From contig OZ253462.1 in NCBI GenBank assembly GCA_965261395.1, forward strand, positions 1,056,001-1,120,000: 64,000 nt of DNA, given 5' to 3'. Of the stretch, positions 33,145 to 41,214 are shown piece after piece. Each line of letters opens with the position of its first letter. The first letter of the stretch is position 1. The position numbers and the translations under genes are program-made. The DNA comes from Candidatus Latescibacterota bacterium. GTDB taxonomy: Bacteria; Latescibacterota; UBA2968; UBA8231. A model generated the notes under the pieces. It was not told the DNA's origin, did not search any database, and saw only the letters and a list, made by a program, of their open reading frames with translations.

Positions 33145-35850
33145 TTAGTACACCAGCGAGAGGACGCCGAGGGTCTCGGTAGCTGTTTGGTCGGCGGCGA
33201 CTTGCAGGCGATAGAGGTAGAGGCCCGGCATTAGAAGATGGCCCGCTGCGTTGCGACCGTCCCACTCGAGTTTCGTCTGACCTGCCGTGCGCGATACCGG
33301 CCCGACGCGGTGCATCCTGCGCCCCGACAGGTCGAGTATTTCCACCGCGACTTCGACTTGGTCTAAGACAAGAAAGAGGTCGAAGGCGAATTCGATCGCG
33401 TCGTTTATGCCGTCGCCATTGGGCGTAAAGGGGTTGGGGGCGGCCTGGACCCGCAGGTGGCGCGCCTGGATATCGTCGACGATGACCAGCGTCGCGTTGG
33501 TAGCCACTTGCTGCACCGCGTCGCCGTCGCGCACTAGCTGGGGAATCGTCGCCGCCCGCGCGGCGAGGCGGTCGTTCCACACCGATCCTTCGAAGCGAGC
33601 CGAGCCGCGGAAGAGCCGCGTCCGCAAGTCGATCTCGATGCTCTGGCGGGCCTTGAAGTCGGAGGCACCTAGCAGCGGGAACTTGACCAAAAGCCGAGTC
33701 TCGCCGGTCCGGGGGTCCGAGACGATGGTCTGAGCGAACTGGCCGACGACGAAAGGACTGTCTGGTTCTGGCTCCAGACGCAGCGGCTCCACCTGGAGCA
33801 GTGGGTCTTCGGTGTTGTCCACGGGGGACGCGGCAACCTCCTCCCAAGCGCGGCCATCGAACTTAAAAGTGTCGATCCGGGTTGAGGCGTCGGGCACCGT
33901 CAGTTCGATGCGATTGAATCCCCCTTCTTCCCCGTCGGCGAAAAAGGGCCGCAGGAAGTAGCGCAAGGACGCTTCCTCGCCCAGCGCGACGCGCGGCGGA
34001 AAGACCTCGGCGACCAAGCCGCCCGAAATTAGGGGCTCGTCGTAGTCGAATTCGATATAGTCGAGGGCAACTGCGCTCTCGATGGTGCTGTCGAAGAGGA
34101 TGCGGAACTGCAGATAGCGGGTGCCAGTGGGTAGCGGCAGGGACACACCCGCCTCGGACCAGCGCTCTTCGGGCAGGTGCTCGTCGATGAGCCCGTCCTC
34201 AAAACTGAAGGGGGCCGACCAGAAACTCCAGCCCCTCGGGCCGTCGCTGCCCAGATCTGCACCGAGTTCATTGTAGCGAAGTTTGGCCTCGGGAATGCGG
34301 CCCTGGCGCAGCTTGAGCCAGGAAAAGGCGTCGAGCCGCCGGCCGTCCTCGCCGCGGGTGTCGATCTCGTTGGCACCGCTATTGCGGGCGTAGAGGTGCA
34401 TGTTGGGCGCGTCGCCGGCGCGGAACTGGATGCGTACATTGCCAGCGAAACCCGCTTTGCGTCCCCGCCAGCGGACTTTGCCCCAGTTGACCGTCGAGCC
34501 GGGTCGGTCGGGGAACTCGGCCTCGACCACCCCGGCGTCATCGAAGAGTTCAAGCAATTGGCTGTAGCGCCGCGCGCGGGGCGTGGGGGTGCCGACGTCG
34601 ATGACCTCGGAGGTAAAGGAGGCGTCGCTGGGGAAGCCCTCGCCGAAGAGGCCTATCTCTGCCGTTTCCTTGTAATCACCATTGGAATCGAGTGAAGCGA
34701 CATCCAGTCGGCCTATGAGCACCGGCGGGTCGAAGTGCAGGTCCTTGACTGGATCGGTATGTTCTCGCGTCACAGGGACTAGGATCTTCTTTACTTCGAG
34801 GGTCGCCAAAGTGGAGTTGACGGTTGTAGGGTCGCCGTAGACAACGAAGTAGTTGGCGATGGTTGTGACGGGCAGGGTGGGCCGCGGTTGGAAGATAAGG
34901 CGATTGATGTGGTAAAAGCCCATCAGGTTGAGTGACGCTCCCCCCCCATGGATGCCGTAGATGCCGGCGACGCGATAGTCGGTGCTGGTCGTGCCGAAGG
35001 CAGTGGAGAGATCGCCGTCAACCATCTTGCCGTAGTCGATTCGGTTGATGCCGCCACCCGACCCGGATTTGAAATAGTCACCCGAGATGGGGTCGGCTCG
35101 CTCGACGCGTGGGCCGAATTCGCTGGGAATTTCCAGAAAGGGGCTGAGTAACCTGCCGTCCGGCCCCACGCCGCCGAACTCCCCTTGTAGATAGCGCTCG
35201 TTGAGCAGGATGGCTAGATTGCGGCGCTCGTTGAGTTCGATGGGCCGCAGCCAAGTCGCGACCCCGTCGGTGTCGCGCAGCCGCGGCCCGTCCTCGTCGA
35301 TGAGTCCGTCGCCGTCGTCGTCGGTGCCATTGTATGGGTCTTCGTCGGTGCGACCGTCCAGGTCGTCGTCCCCATCGGTCATCAGCCCGTCTTCATTGAG
35401 TCGTCCGTCGCCATCCGAGTCGAGCTGTGGATCGGGTCCGTCCTCGTCAACGCGCCCGTCCAAGTCGCTGTCGAATGCCTCGACGGGGTCTTCGTCGATG
35501 AGTCCGTCGCCGTCGTCGTCGAGCTTATTGGGAGGGTCCTCGTTGAGCTGCCCGTCGCCGTCCGAGTCGAGTTGCGGATCAGGCGGATCTTCGTTGAAAA
35601 GTCCGTCGCCGTCCGAATCGACAAGCTCGACGGGGTCTTCGTCGATGAGTCCGTCGCCGTCGTCGTCGGTGAGGATCTCGACAGCCCAGCCGCGGCCCCA
35701 AGTCAGGCGGCCGGAGACCGGGACGAGATTCCAAGGATGGTCTTGGTCGCCCACTCGCCAATTCCGGATCTCAGCCGGGGCTTGGAAGGGGGAAAGCAGG
35801 AGCAGCAGGAAGAGGACGAGCTTTGGACGCGAATCACCGTGTGCTAGCAT
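33145..35850 (-). CDS. Large secreted protein with acidic Ca-binding-like repeats and C-terminal FlgD-Ig domain
   Basis: Signal peptide; eight DxD(G/L)DGxx(D/N)ED(P/G) repeats; PNPFTPNGDGIND..WDGRN..PGLYLY. Confidence 0.82.
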   Translation of the reverse strand: MLAHGDSRPKLVLFLLLLLSPFQAPAEIRNWRVGDQDHPWNLVPVSGRLTWGRGWAVEILTDDDGDGLIDEDPVELVDSDGDGLFNEDPPDPQLDSDGDGQLNEDPPNKLDDDGDGLIDEDPVEAFDSDLDGRVDEDGPDPQLDSDGDGRLNEDGLMTDGDDDLDGRTDEDPYNGTDDDGDGLIDEDGPRLRDTDGVATWLRPIELNERRNLAILLNERYLQGEFGGVGPDGRLLSPFLEIPSEFGPRVERADPISGDYFKSGSGGGINRIDYGKMVDGDLSTAFGTTSTDYRVAGIYGIHGGGASLNLMGFYHINRLIFQPRPTLPVTTIANYFVVYGDPTTVNSTLATLEVKKILVPVTREHTDPVKDLHFDPPVLIGRLDVASLDSNGDYKETAEIGLFGEGFPSDASFTSEVIDVGTPTPRARRYSQLLELFDDAGVVEAEFPDRPGSTVNWGKVRWRGRKAGFAGNVRIQFRAGDAPNMHLYARNSGANEIDTRGEDGRRLDAFSWLKLRQGRIPEAKLRYNELGADLGSDGPRGWSFWSAPFSFEDGLIDEHLPEERWSEAGVSLPLPTGTRYLQFRILFDSTIESAVALDYIEFDYDEPLISGGLVAEVFPPRVALGEEASLRYFLRPFFADGEEGGFNRIELTVPDASTRIDTFKFDGRAWEEVAASPVDNTEDPLLQVEPLRLEPEPDSPFVVGQFAQTIVSDPRTGETRLLVKFPLLGASDFKARQSIEIDLRTRLFRGSARFEGSVWNDRLAARAATIPQLVRDGDAVQQVATNATLVIVDDIQARHLRVQAAPNPFTPNGDGINDAIEFAFDLFLVLDQVEVAVEILDLSGRRMHRVGPVSRTAGQTKLEWDGRNAAGHLLMPGLYLYRLQVAADQTATETLGVLSLVY
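35285..35670 (-). repeat. Intragenic array of eight acidic 16-17 codon repeats
   Basis: DDDGDGLIDEDP-type units; TCGTCGATGAGTCCGTCGCCGTCGTCGTC occurs three times on the + strand. Confidence 0.88.
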
Positions 35851-36094
35851 AGCGAGCCCTGCTGGGGAAAATGCGATAGCAAGCACCGCCTATCAGGATA
35901 TATGACAAAAGCCGATGCAAGGCAAAGGGTTGTCAACGACTATCCTAAGCAAATTATAAACCGATGGTACGCACTTTGGCAATTAGTGCTACCACGGCTT
36001 ATGAGTACGCCAATGTCAGTGGGGCTTGAGTGTTATAGAGCCTGAGACAGGGATCTTCTGCGGCGAATCTTGCGCGACGAGATGCTCCTCGCTC

Positions 36095-37012
36095 TCAGGC
36101 GAGGGCATTCGCCAGCTTGAGCAGCACGGCCTTCTGGCTGTGCAGGCGGTTTTCGGCTTGGGTGAAGATCAGCGAGCGCTCGTCGTGCAAGAGCGCACCT
36201 TCGATCTCATAGCCGTGGTGGGCGGGGAGGCAGTGCAGGATTTTCAGGTCTAGGCCCGCGAGCAACTCGCGGCTGATCTGATAGGGCTGAAAGGTCTGGA
36301 CCCGGCGCTCCTTTTCGCGGGCGAACTTGGGATCGGTGAAAAACTCCATGTCGATCCAAGTGTCGGTGTACACGACGTCAGACTTTGCCAGCGCCGGGTG
36401 TAGTTCCTCGGTGTGCTCGTAGAGTCCCAAGCGCTTGGCTTCGTCGTAGAGTTCGTCGTCGCGTGCAGCGGCGTTGACTTCGGGGCAGACACAAGTGACG
36501 TGCATGCCCACTTTGACGCCGGCGGCAATGAGCGAGTTGGCGACGTTGTTGAGTACCCCGACGTATGTTAGCCGCACCCCTTCGAGCCGCCCGAAAGCCT
36601 CCTGTAGGGTCATCAAGTCGGTCAGCGCCTGCAAGGGGTGGTAGCGGTTGCAGCAGCCGTTTATCAGGGGCACCTGCGAGGCGGCGGCGGCGCGGCGCAC
36701 ATCGACGTGTTCGAGCAGGCGGGCGACGATGAAGTCGGAGTAGCCGGAGAGTACGCGGAACTCGTCGCCTAAGTCGGCTAGACCGAAGTTGGTGTCCAAC
36801 CAATTCAAGTAGAGGGCGTGGCCGCCTAGCTGGACGGTGCCAATCTCGCCGGCACAGCGGGTGCGGGTCGAAGTCTTCTGGAAGAGCAGAACCACCGTGC
36901 GTCCAGAGAGGGCGTCGGCGTAGTGCTGCGGAGTGGCCTTGACGGCGAGGCCGAGCTCTACCGCTTGCTGCACGTCGGCTGGGGACCAATCCTTTAGGGT
37001 AATTAAATGCAA
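36095..37012 (-). CDS. argF: Ornithine carbamoyltransferase
   Basis: STRTR, HPLQ, YTDTW, HCLP, QAENR. Confidence 0.92.
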   Translation of the reverse strand: MHLITLKDWSPADVQQAVELGLAVKATPQHYADALSGRTVVLLFQKTSTRTRCAGEIGTVQLGGHALYLNWLDTNFGLADLGDEFRVLSGYSDFIVARLLEHVDVRRAAAASQVPLINGCCNRYHPLQALTDLMTLQEAFGRLEGVRLTYVGVLNNVANSLIAAGVKVGMHVTCVCPEVNAAARDDELYDEAKRLGLYEHTEELHPALAKSDVVYTDTWIDMEFFTDPKFAREKERRVQTFQPYQISRELLAGLDLKILHCLPAHHGYEIEGALLHDERSLIFTQAENRLHSQKAVLLKLANALA

Positions 37013-37064
37013 TGGAACGTCTTCCTTACTTTAACTTTATTGCTCTTTTTGGGGGAAAAATCAT

Positions 37065-37092
37065 ATTATAAAAAATAAAAAGTTATAATCAA
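37065..37092 (-). promoter_or_regulatory. Sigma70-type promoter of argF
   Basis: TTGATT-N16-TATAAT in a very AT-rich spacer. Confidence 0.6.
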
Positions 37093-37104
37093 GAATAATT
37101 ATTA

Positions 37105-38052
37105 CTAATTCAAATGGCGACCGATTTCGGTTAGTATGCTCTCAACAATATCTTGGGGCGCACCCGTTAGCTCCAGCCCGGCGGCGCGGGCGTGGCCGCC
37201 GCCGCCAAAGGTGCCAGCGACTTGGCTGACGTCGACCTCGCGGGAGCGCAGGCTGATGCGGTAACATCCGGGCGCGCGTTCCTTGAGCAGCAAGGCCACT
37301 TCGACGCCTCTGATCATCAGGCCGTAGTTGACTACTTCGTCAGGCTCGCCCGCGCCCATGGCCTCGCGATCGAGATGGAGCACCGCCACTCGTCCCCCGA
37401 GGCGCAGCACCAAGCTCTCAATGGCTTGGCCGCGTTGTTTGACCGAGCCGAGACTCTTGTTGCCGAAGACACCCTCGGCGATAGTGTCGAGACGCACGCC
37501 GCGCCGCACTAGATCGGCTGCTACTTCAAAGGTGGTAGCCGTCGTTAGCGAGAAGCGAAAGCCGCCGGTATCGAAGAGAATCCCCGCATAGAGCTGGGCG
37601 GCCGCGACGGCATCGACCTCATGGCCAAGGCCAATGGCGAGATGGTAGAGGAGCTCGCAGGTCGAGCTTATTTCCTCCACGATATTCACTGCACCGAAGC
37701 ACTCATTGCCTCGGTGGTGATCGATGTTGAGGAGGCGGATGTCGGGGCTGAGACTTGGGCGCACCGGACCGATGCGGTCGAGGGAGGGGCAGTCGGCGAC
37801 AATGGCGCAGCGGTAGCGGGTCAAGTCGAGGTCGGCGAAGTGGTGCACGCCGTCCCAGCCGGTGAGAAAGGAGCATTGGCCAGCCGGTGGCTCGGGCAGG
37901 CCGATGTCAGCGCGCTTGCCGAGGCCCCGCAGCAGGTGGGCCCAAGCCATGCAGGCGCCTAGGCCGTCGGCGTCGCTGTTGACATGGGTCGTCAGCAGGA
38001 AGTCGTCTGCTGCCTCAATAAATGCGCGCGTTGCTCTTAGCTGCAGGTCCAA
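37105..38052 (-). CDS. nrnA: DHH family oligoribonuclease/PAP phosphatase
   Basis: HVNSDADG, IDHH, DTGGF, SLRS, GGGGHARAAG. Confidence 0.88.
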   Translation of the reverse strand: MDLQLRATRAFIEAADDFLLTTHVNSDADGLGACMAWAHLLRGLGKRADIGLPEPPAGQCSFLTGWDGVHHFADLDLTRYRCAIVADCPSLDRIGPVRPSLSPDIRLLNIDHHRGNECFGAVNIVEEISSTCELLYHLAIGLGHEVDAVAAAQLYAGILFDTGGFRFSLTTATTFEVAADLVRRGVRLDTIAEGVFGNKSLGSVKQRGQAIESLVLRLGGRVAVLHLDREAMGAGEPDEVVNYGLMIRGVEVALLLKERAPGCYRISLRSREVDVSQVAGTFGGGGHARAAGLELTGAPQDIVESILTEIGRHLN

Positions 38053-38054
38053 AG

Positions 38055-38813
38055 TTATTTCTCCGCTGGCGGAGCGCGTAGAACGAAGTGAACGCGGTCC
38101 GATTCCTCGGTCCCCTCGTCAAATGTGAAACCGTCGCAGAGCGCGAGCAACTCCCAGGCACTCGCCTCGACGCGGGCGGCGACGGCGGCGACCGGATAGA
38201 TGCGCTGGACGTGGGTTTCCTCTAACGCGATGTCGCTCCCGTCGCCGCGGATGCGGAAGTGATTGCTCTGTAGTCGCTTATCTGGATCGTAGATGCTGTG
38301 CCGCTCGTAGGAAAAACCCGGCCCCTGCTCGCTGTCGCGCATGTTGCGGAAATAGCGCAGTGAATTGCGCTCGGTGCAGATGTCAAAGACGAAAAGCCCA
38401 CCCGGCTGCACAATGGCCTGCGCGCCGTGCAGTGCCGCGTCGAGGTCGGCTGGTGCGAGCAGATAGTTGATGCTGTCGTACAGGCAAGTGGCCGCGTCAA
38501 AAGGCCCTAGGCCCTCTAGCTGGAGCAGGTCCTGCTGGACGAACTCAACGCCGGTGCCAGCGGCCTTGTCGCGCGCGACCTGCAGCATGGCCTCGGAGCG
38601 ATCCACACCCGTTACCTCATAGCCGAGGCGGTGGAGCACAAAAGACACATTGCCGGTGCCGCAGGCCAAGTCCACGACGCGGGCCGTGTCGGGGGCAAAG
38701 TGAGCGAAGAGCGCATCGATGTAAGCGGCCCATTCGCCGTAATCGACGTGGGCCATTACGTAGTCGTAAATGGGGGCCAGCCCTTGATAGGGCGATTGCG
38801 CTGCGCTACCCAC
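38055..38813 (-). CDS. Class I SAM-dependent methyltransferase
   Basis: VDLACGTG, GVDRSEAML, DSINYL, PGGLFVFD. Confidence 0.9.
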   Translation of the reverse strand: MGSAAQSPYQGLAPIYDYVMAHVDYGEWAAYIDALFAHFAPDTARVVDLACGTGNVSFVLHRLGYEVTGVDRSEAMLQVARDKAAGTGVEFVQQDLLQLEGLGPFDAATCLYDSINYLLAPADLDAALHGAQAIVQPGGLFVFDICTERNSLRYFRNMRDSEQGPGFSYERHSIYDPDKRLQSNHFRIRGDGSDIALEETHVQRIYPVAAVAARVEASAWELLALCDGFTFDEGTEESDRVHFVLRAPPAEK

Positions 38814-38823
38814 AGCTTGCCTC

Positions 38824-39105
38824 CTAAAAGCTCAGGTCTTCGTACGGGTCGCGGTGTTCCTCGCGGAGGATCCGATAAAAGCGGCCGCGGTCTCGGCGGG
38901 CGGGCTGGCGCTCCGGGATGCCGAGCACTTCGATATCGAGCAGGCGGGTGGGCGTGGCAAGGTGTATTTGCTCGCCCACGGTCACGGAGTGCGCAGCCTT
39001 GGCCTGCTGGCCGCCGATCTGGACTTGCCCGGCGTCGCAGGCCCGCTTGGCTTCACTGCGCTGCTTGATCAGCCCTGTGTTCTTCAGGAAGATATCCAGT
39101 CGCAT
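38824..39105 (-). CDS. S4-domain RNA-binding protein (Hsp15/RqcP-like)
   Basis: MRLDIFLK..LIKQRSEAKRACDAGQV..AK. Confidence 0.88.
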   Translation of the reverse strand: MRLDIFLKNTGLIKQRSEAKRACDAGQVQIGGQQAKAAHSVTVGEQIHLATPTRLLDIEVLGIPERQPARRDRGRFYRILREEHRDPYEDLSF

Positions 39106-40390
39106 TCCGTACTGGGTGGCGCAAGTTTTCCTCGTCGAGTCGAACCTCGATGTGGATTTGCTGCCGGTATTGGTCGATTAATTGGCGCATGGCTTCTGCG
39201 GTGCGGCTTTCGCGGATCAGGCCTTCGAGCACGGCTTGGTCGTCGTCAATTTTAATGATGTGGCCGCCATCGTCAAAAAAGAAGGGTTCGCTGACGTCTC
39301 CCAGCTTGAGGTTGCGGAGGTAGGGCTGGAGGAATTCGGGGATCCCTTCCTTGGGGAAGGTGCCCCAGAGGCCGCCCTGCATGGCCGTCTGCGGGTTGGC
39401 CGAATACTGGCGGGCGAGCTGGGAAAACTCCTCGCCGTTCTGGGCGCGGTGGCGCAAGTCCGCTAGCGTTTCTCGCGCCCGCGCCTCGTCGCTTTCCGAG
39501 GTTCTGGCCAAGACCAGGATGTGGCTGGCGCAGATGGTGGTTTCGCGCTTTTCGCGCACCTGTATCAAGTGGTAGCCATACGGACTCAAAACCGGCTCGC
39601 TAGTCTGGCCTGGTTTGAGCGCGAAGGCCGCTTCCTCAAACTCGGGCACCAAGGTCCCAGGCGAGAAACAGCCCAGGTCGCCGCCGAGAGAGGCACTGCC
39701 GGGATCTTCAGAGTGGTCGCGGGCTATGGTAGCGAAATCGCCGCCAGCGGCCAGCAGGGCTTGGATCTCCTCGATCCGCGCCCGTTTCTCTTTGAGGACC
39801 TCACCGCTGGGCTGAATCTTGATCAGAATATGGCTGAGCGAGATTTGGGAGGGCAAGGTGTCTTGGTGGGCGATGCGGAACGCCTCTACGTCGCGGTGGC
39901 CGACGTGTACCCGATACGAGACAACGGCACGCATCTGGCGCGAGAGCAGGCGGTGGCGGATTTCCTTGCGGTAGCGAGCCTTGAGTTGGCGCTCGCTCAA
40001 GCCCACGCGCTCTAGCATCTGCTCGAATTGCCCGTCGTCCATGCTGCTCTTGGCCAGCTGGAACTGCTGGCCAAGCATTTCCTCGACTTCGGATGGGTCG
40101 ATCTGAATGCTGTCCTGCTTGGCCTTGAGAACCAGTACTTGTTCGTCGATCATGGCGTCGAGGATCTCGTGGCGGAGTGCCTTGATCTGCTCGGATTCGG
40201 CAAAGACCGAGATCCCGCGCTGCTCGGCTTCAAAGCGCAGTCGGTAGTTGAGTTCGGACCAGAGGATCGTGTGGTTGTCAACGGTGGCGACGATGCGGTC
40301 GATGAGTTCGGGCAAGGCTCCTGCCCTCGGCGCGATACACAGCGCAAGGCAGAGCGCTAACAGCAAGCGATTTGGCGAATGCAGTGGCAT
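39053..40390 (-). CDS. surA: SurA-like periplasmic chaperone with two parvulin domains
   Basis: IDRIVATVD, SHILI, SEDPGSASLGGDLG, VPEFEEAAF, YGYHLI. Confidence 0.82.
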   Translation of the reverse strand: MPLHSPNRLLLALCLALCIAPRAGALPELIDRIVATVDNHTILWSELNYRLRFEAEQRGISVFAESEQIKALRHEILDAMIDEQVLVLKAKQDSIQIDPSEVEEMLGQQFQLAKSSMDDGQFEQMLERVGLSERQLKARYRKEIRHRLLSRQMRAVVSYRVHVGHRDVEAFRIAHQDTLPSQISLSHILIKIQPSGEVLKEKRARIEEIQALLAAGGDFATIARDHSEDPGSASLGGDLGCFSPGTLVPEFEEAAFALKPGQTSEPVLSPYGYHLIQVREKRETTICASHILVLARTSESDEARARETLADLRHRAQNGEEFSQLARQYSANPQTAMQGGLWGTFPKEGIPEFLQPYLRNLKLGDVSEPFFFDDGGHIIKIDDDQAVLEGLIRESRTAEAMRQLIDQYRQQIHIEVRLDEENLRHPVRNATGYLPEEHRADQAAQ

Positions 40391-40392
40391 AC

Positions 40393-41214
40393 TCAGGGAG
40401 GGGTGGGGGCTGCGATAGCCCAATCTATGGAGTTTTTGAGTTTGGCGACGAGTTGGTCGAGCTGAGATTGATGATGCTCGCGCACCAGCGCCTCGACGAT
40501 CTGGGAGCGCACTTGTGTGAGGTCGCGGACCGTGCCCACCTCGCAGCGCTCTAGAATCTGGATGAGGTGGTGGCCGTACTCAGTTGGCACCGGCTCGGAG
40601 ATGCGCTTGAGCGGTAAATCTTGGCACGCGGCCCACAGCACGGGATTTTCTGCTTCGGAGAAATAGCCCAACTCGCCTCCCTCGTTGCGGGTGGCGGCAT
40701 CGTGTGAGTATTTGTGGGCCATCTCGGTAAAACTCTCGCCTCGCTGTAGCAGGGTTTGACGCCGGGCATTGGCCTCGCGCTGGCTGGTCAGGAGGATGTG
40801 CCGCGCCTTAATCTCGGGGCGAAGTCGCTGAAAATCAGCTTGATGTGCGTCGTAGTAGCGGCGGATCGCGGCATCGCTGAAGGCGAGTTCACGGTCTTGG
40901 AACTCGGCGTCGAGCAGAGCCGCCACCAGCAGGTCTCGCCGCATTTGATCTAGGAGCGTTTGGAGCCGCTCCTGCTGGTGGAGCCCGCGGGTGAGAGCTT
41001 CTTGATAGAGCAATTCTTGGCGCACCCAGTTCTCGATGAACTGCTCCCGCTCGCCTTCGGCTAGCTCGGTGTCGAGGCCGGGCGCGAATTGGCTTGCGAA
41101 CTCGCTCTCTGTGAGCTCGGCGTCTCCGACGCGGGCGACGATGTCGCGGGTGTTCGACGGTTCACACCCCGGCAGCAGGCTAAGCGCGAGCGCGATGGCA
41201 AGCAGTGTTTTCAG
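40393..41214 (-). CDS. Parvulin-type PPIase lipoprotein (probable CTG start)
   Basis: Frame is open from CTG 41214: LKTLLAIALALSLLPGC..IVARVGDAELT; later ARHILL, GGELGYF, TEYGHHLI. Confidence 0.82.
   Translation of the reverse strand: MKTLLAIALALSLLPGCEPSNTRDIVARVGDAELTESEFASQFAPGLDTELAEGEREQFIENWVRQELLYQEALTRGLHQQERLQTLLDQMRRDLLVAALLDAEFQDRELAFSDAAIRRYYDAHQADFQRLRPEIKARHILLTSQREANARRQTLLQRGESFTEMAHKYSHDAATRNEGGELGYFSEAENPVLWAACQDLPLKRISEPVPTEYGHHLIQILERCEVGTVRDLTQVRSQIVEALVREHHQSQLDQLVAKLKNSIDWAIAAPTPP

Noticed and set aside
35968-35992. Second CIRCE-like inverted repeat GCACT-N9-AGTGC
   Set aside because: Spacing is 2 bp shorter than CIRCE, flanks do not match, and no chaperone gene follows.
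37013-37104. ARG boxes upstream of argF
   Set aside because: AT-rich but no convincing TGAAT-N4-ATTCA palindrome; only a promoter is supported.
39053-39105. 53-bp overlap of surA with the S4 gene as a frameshift
   Set aside because: No clear slippage site; a lost stop with a harmless tail explains it equally well.
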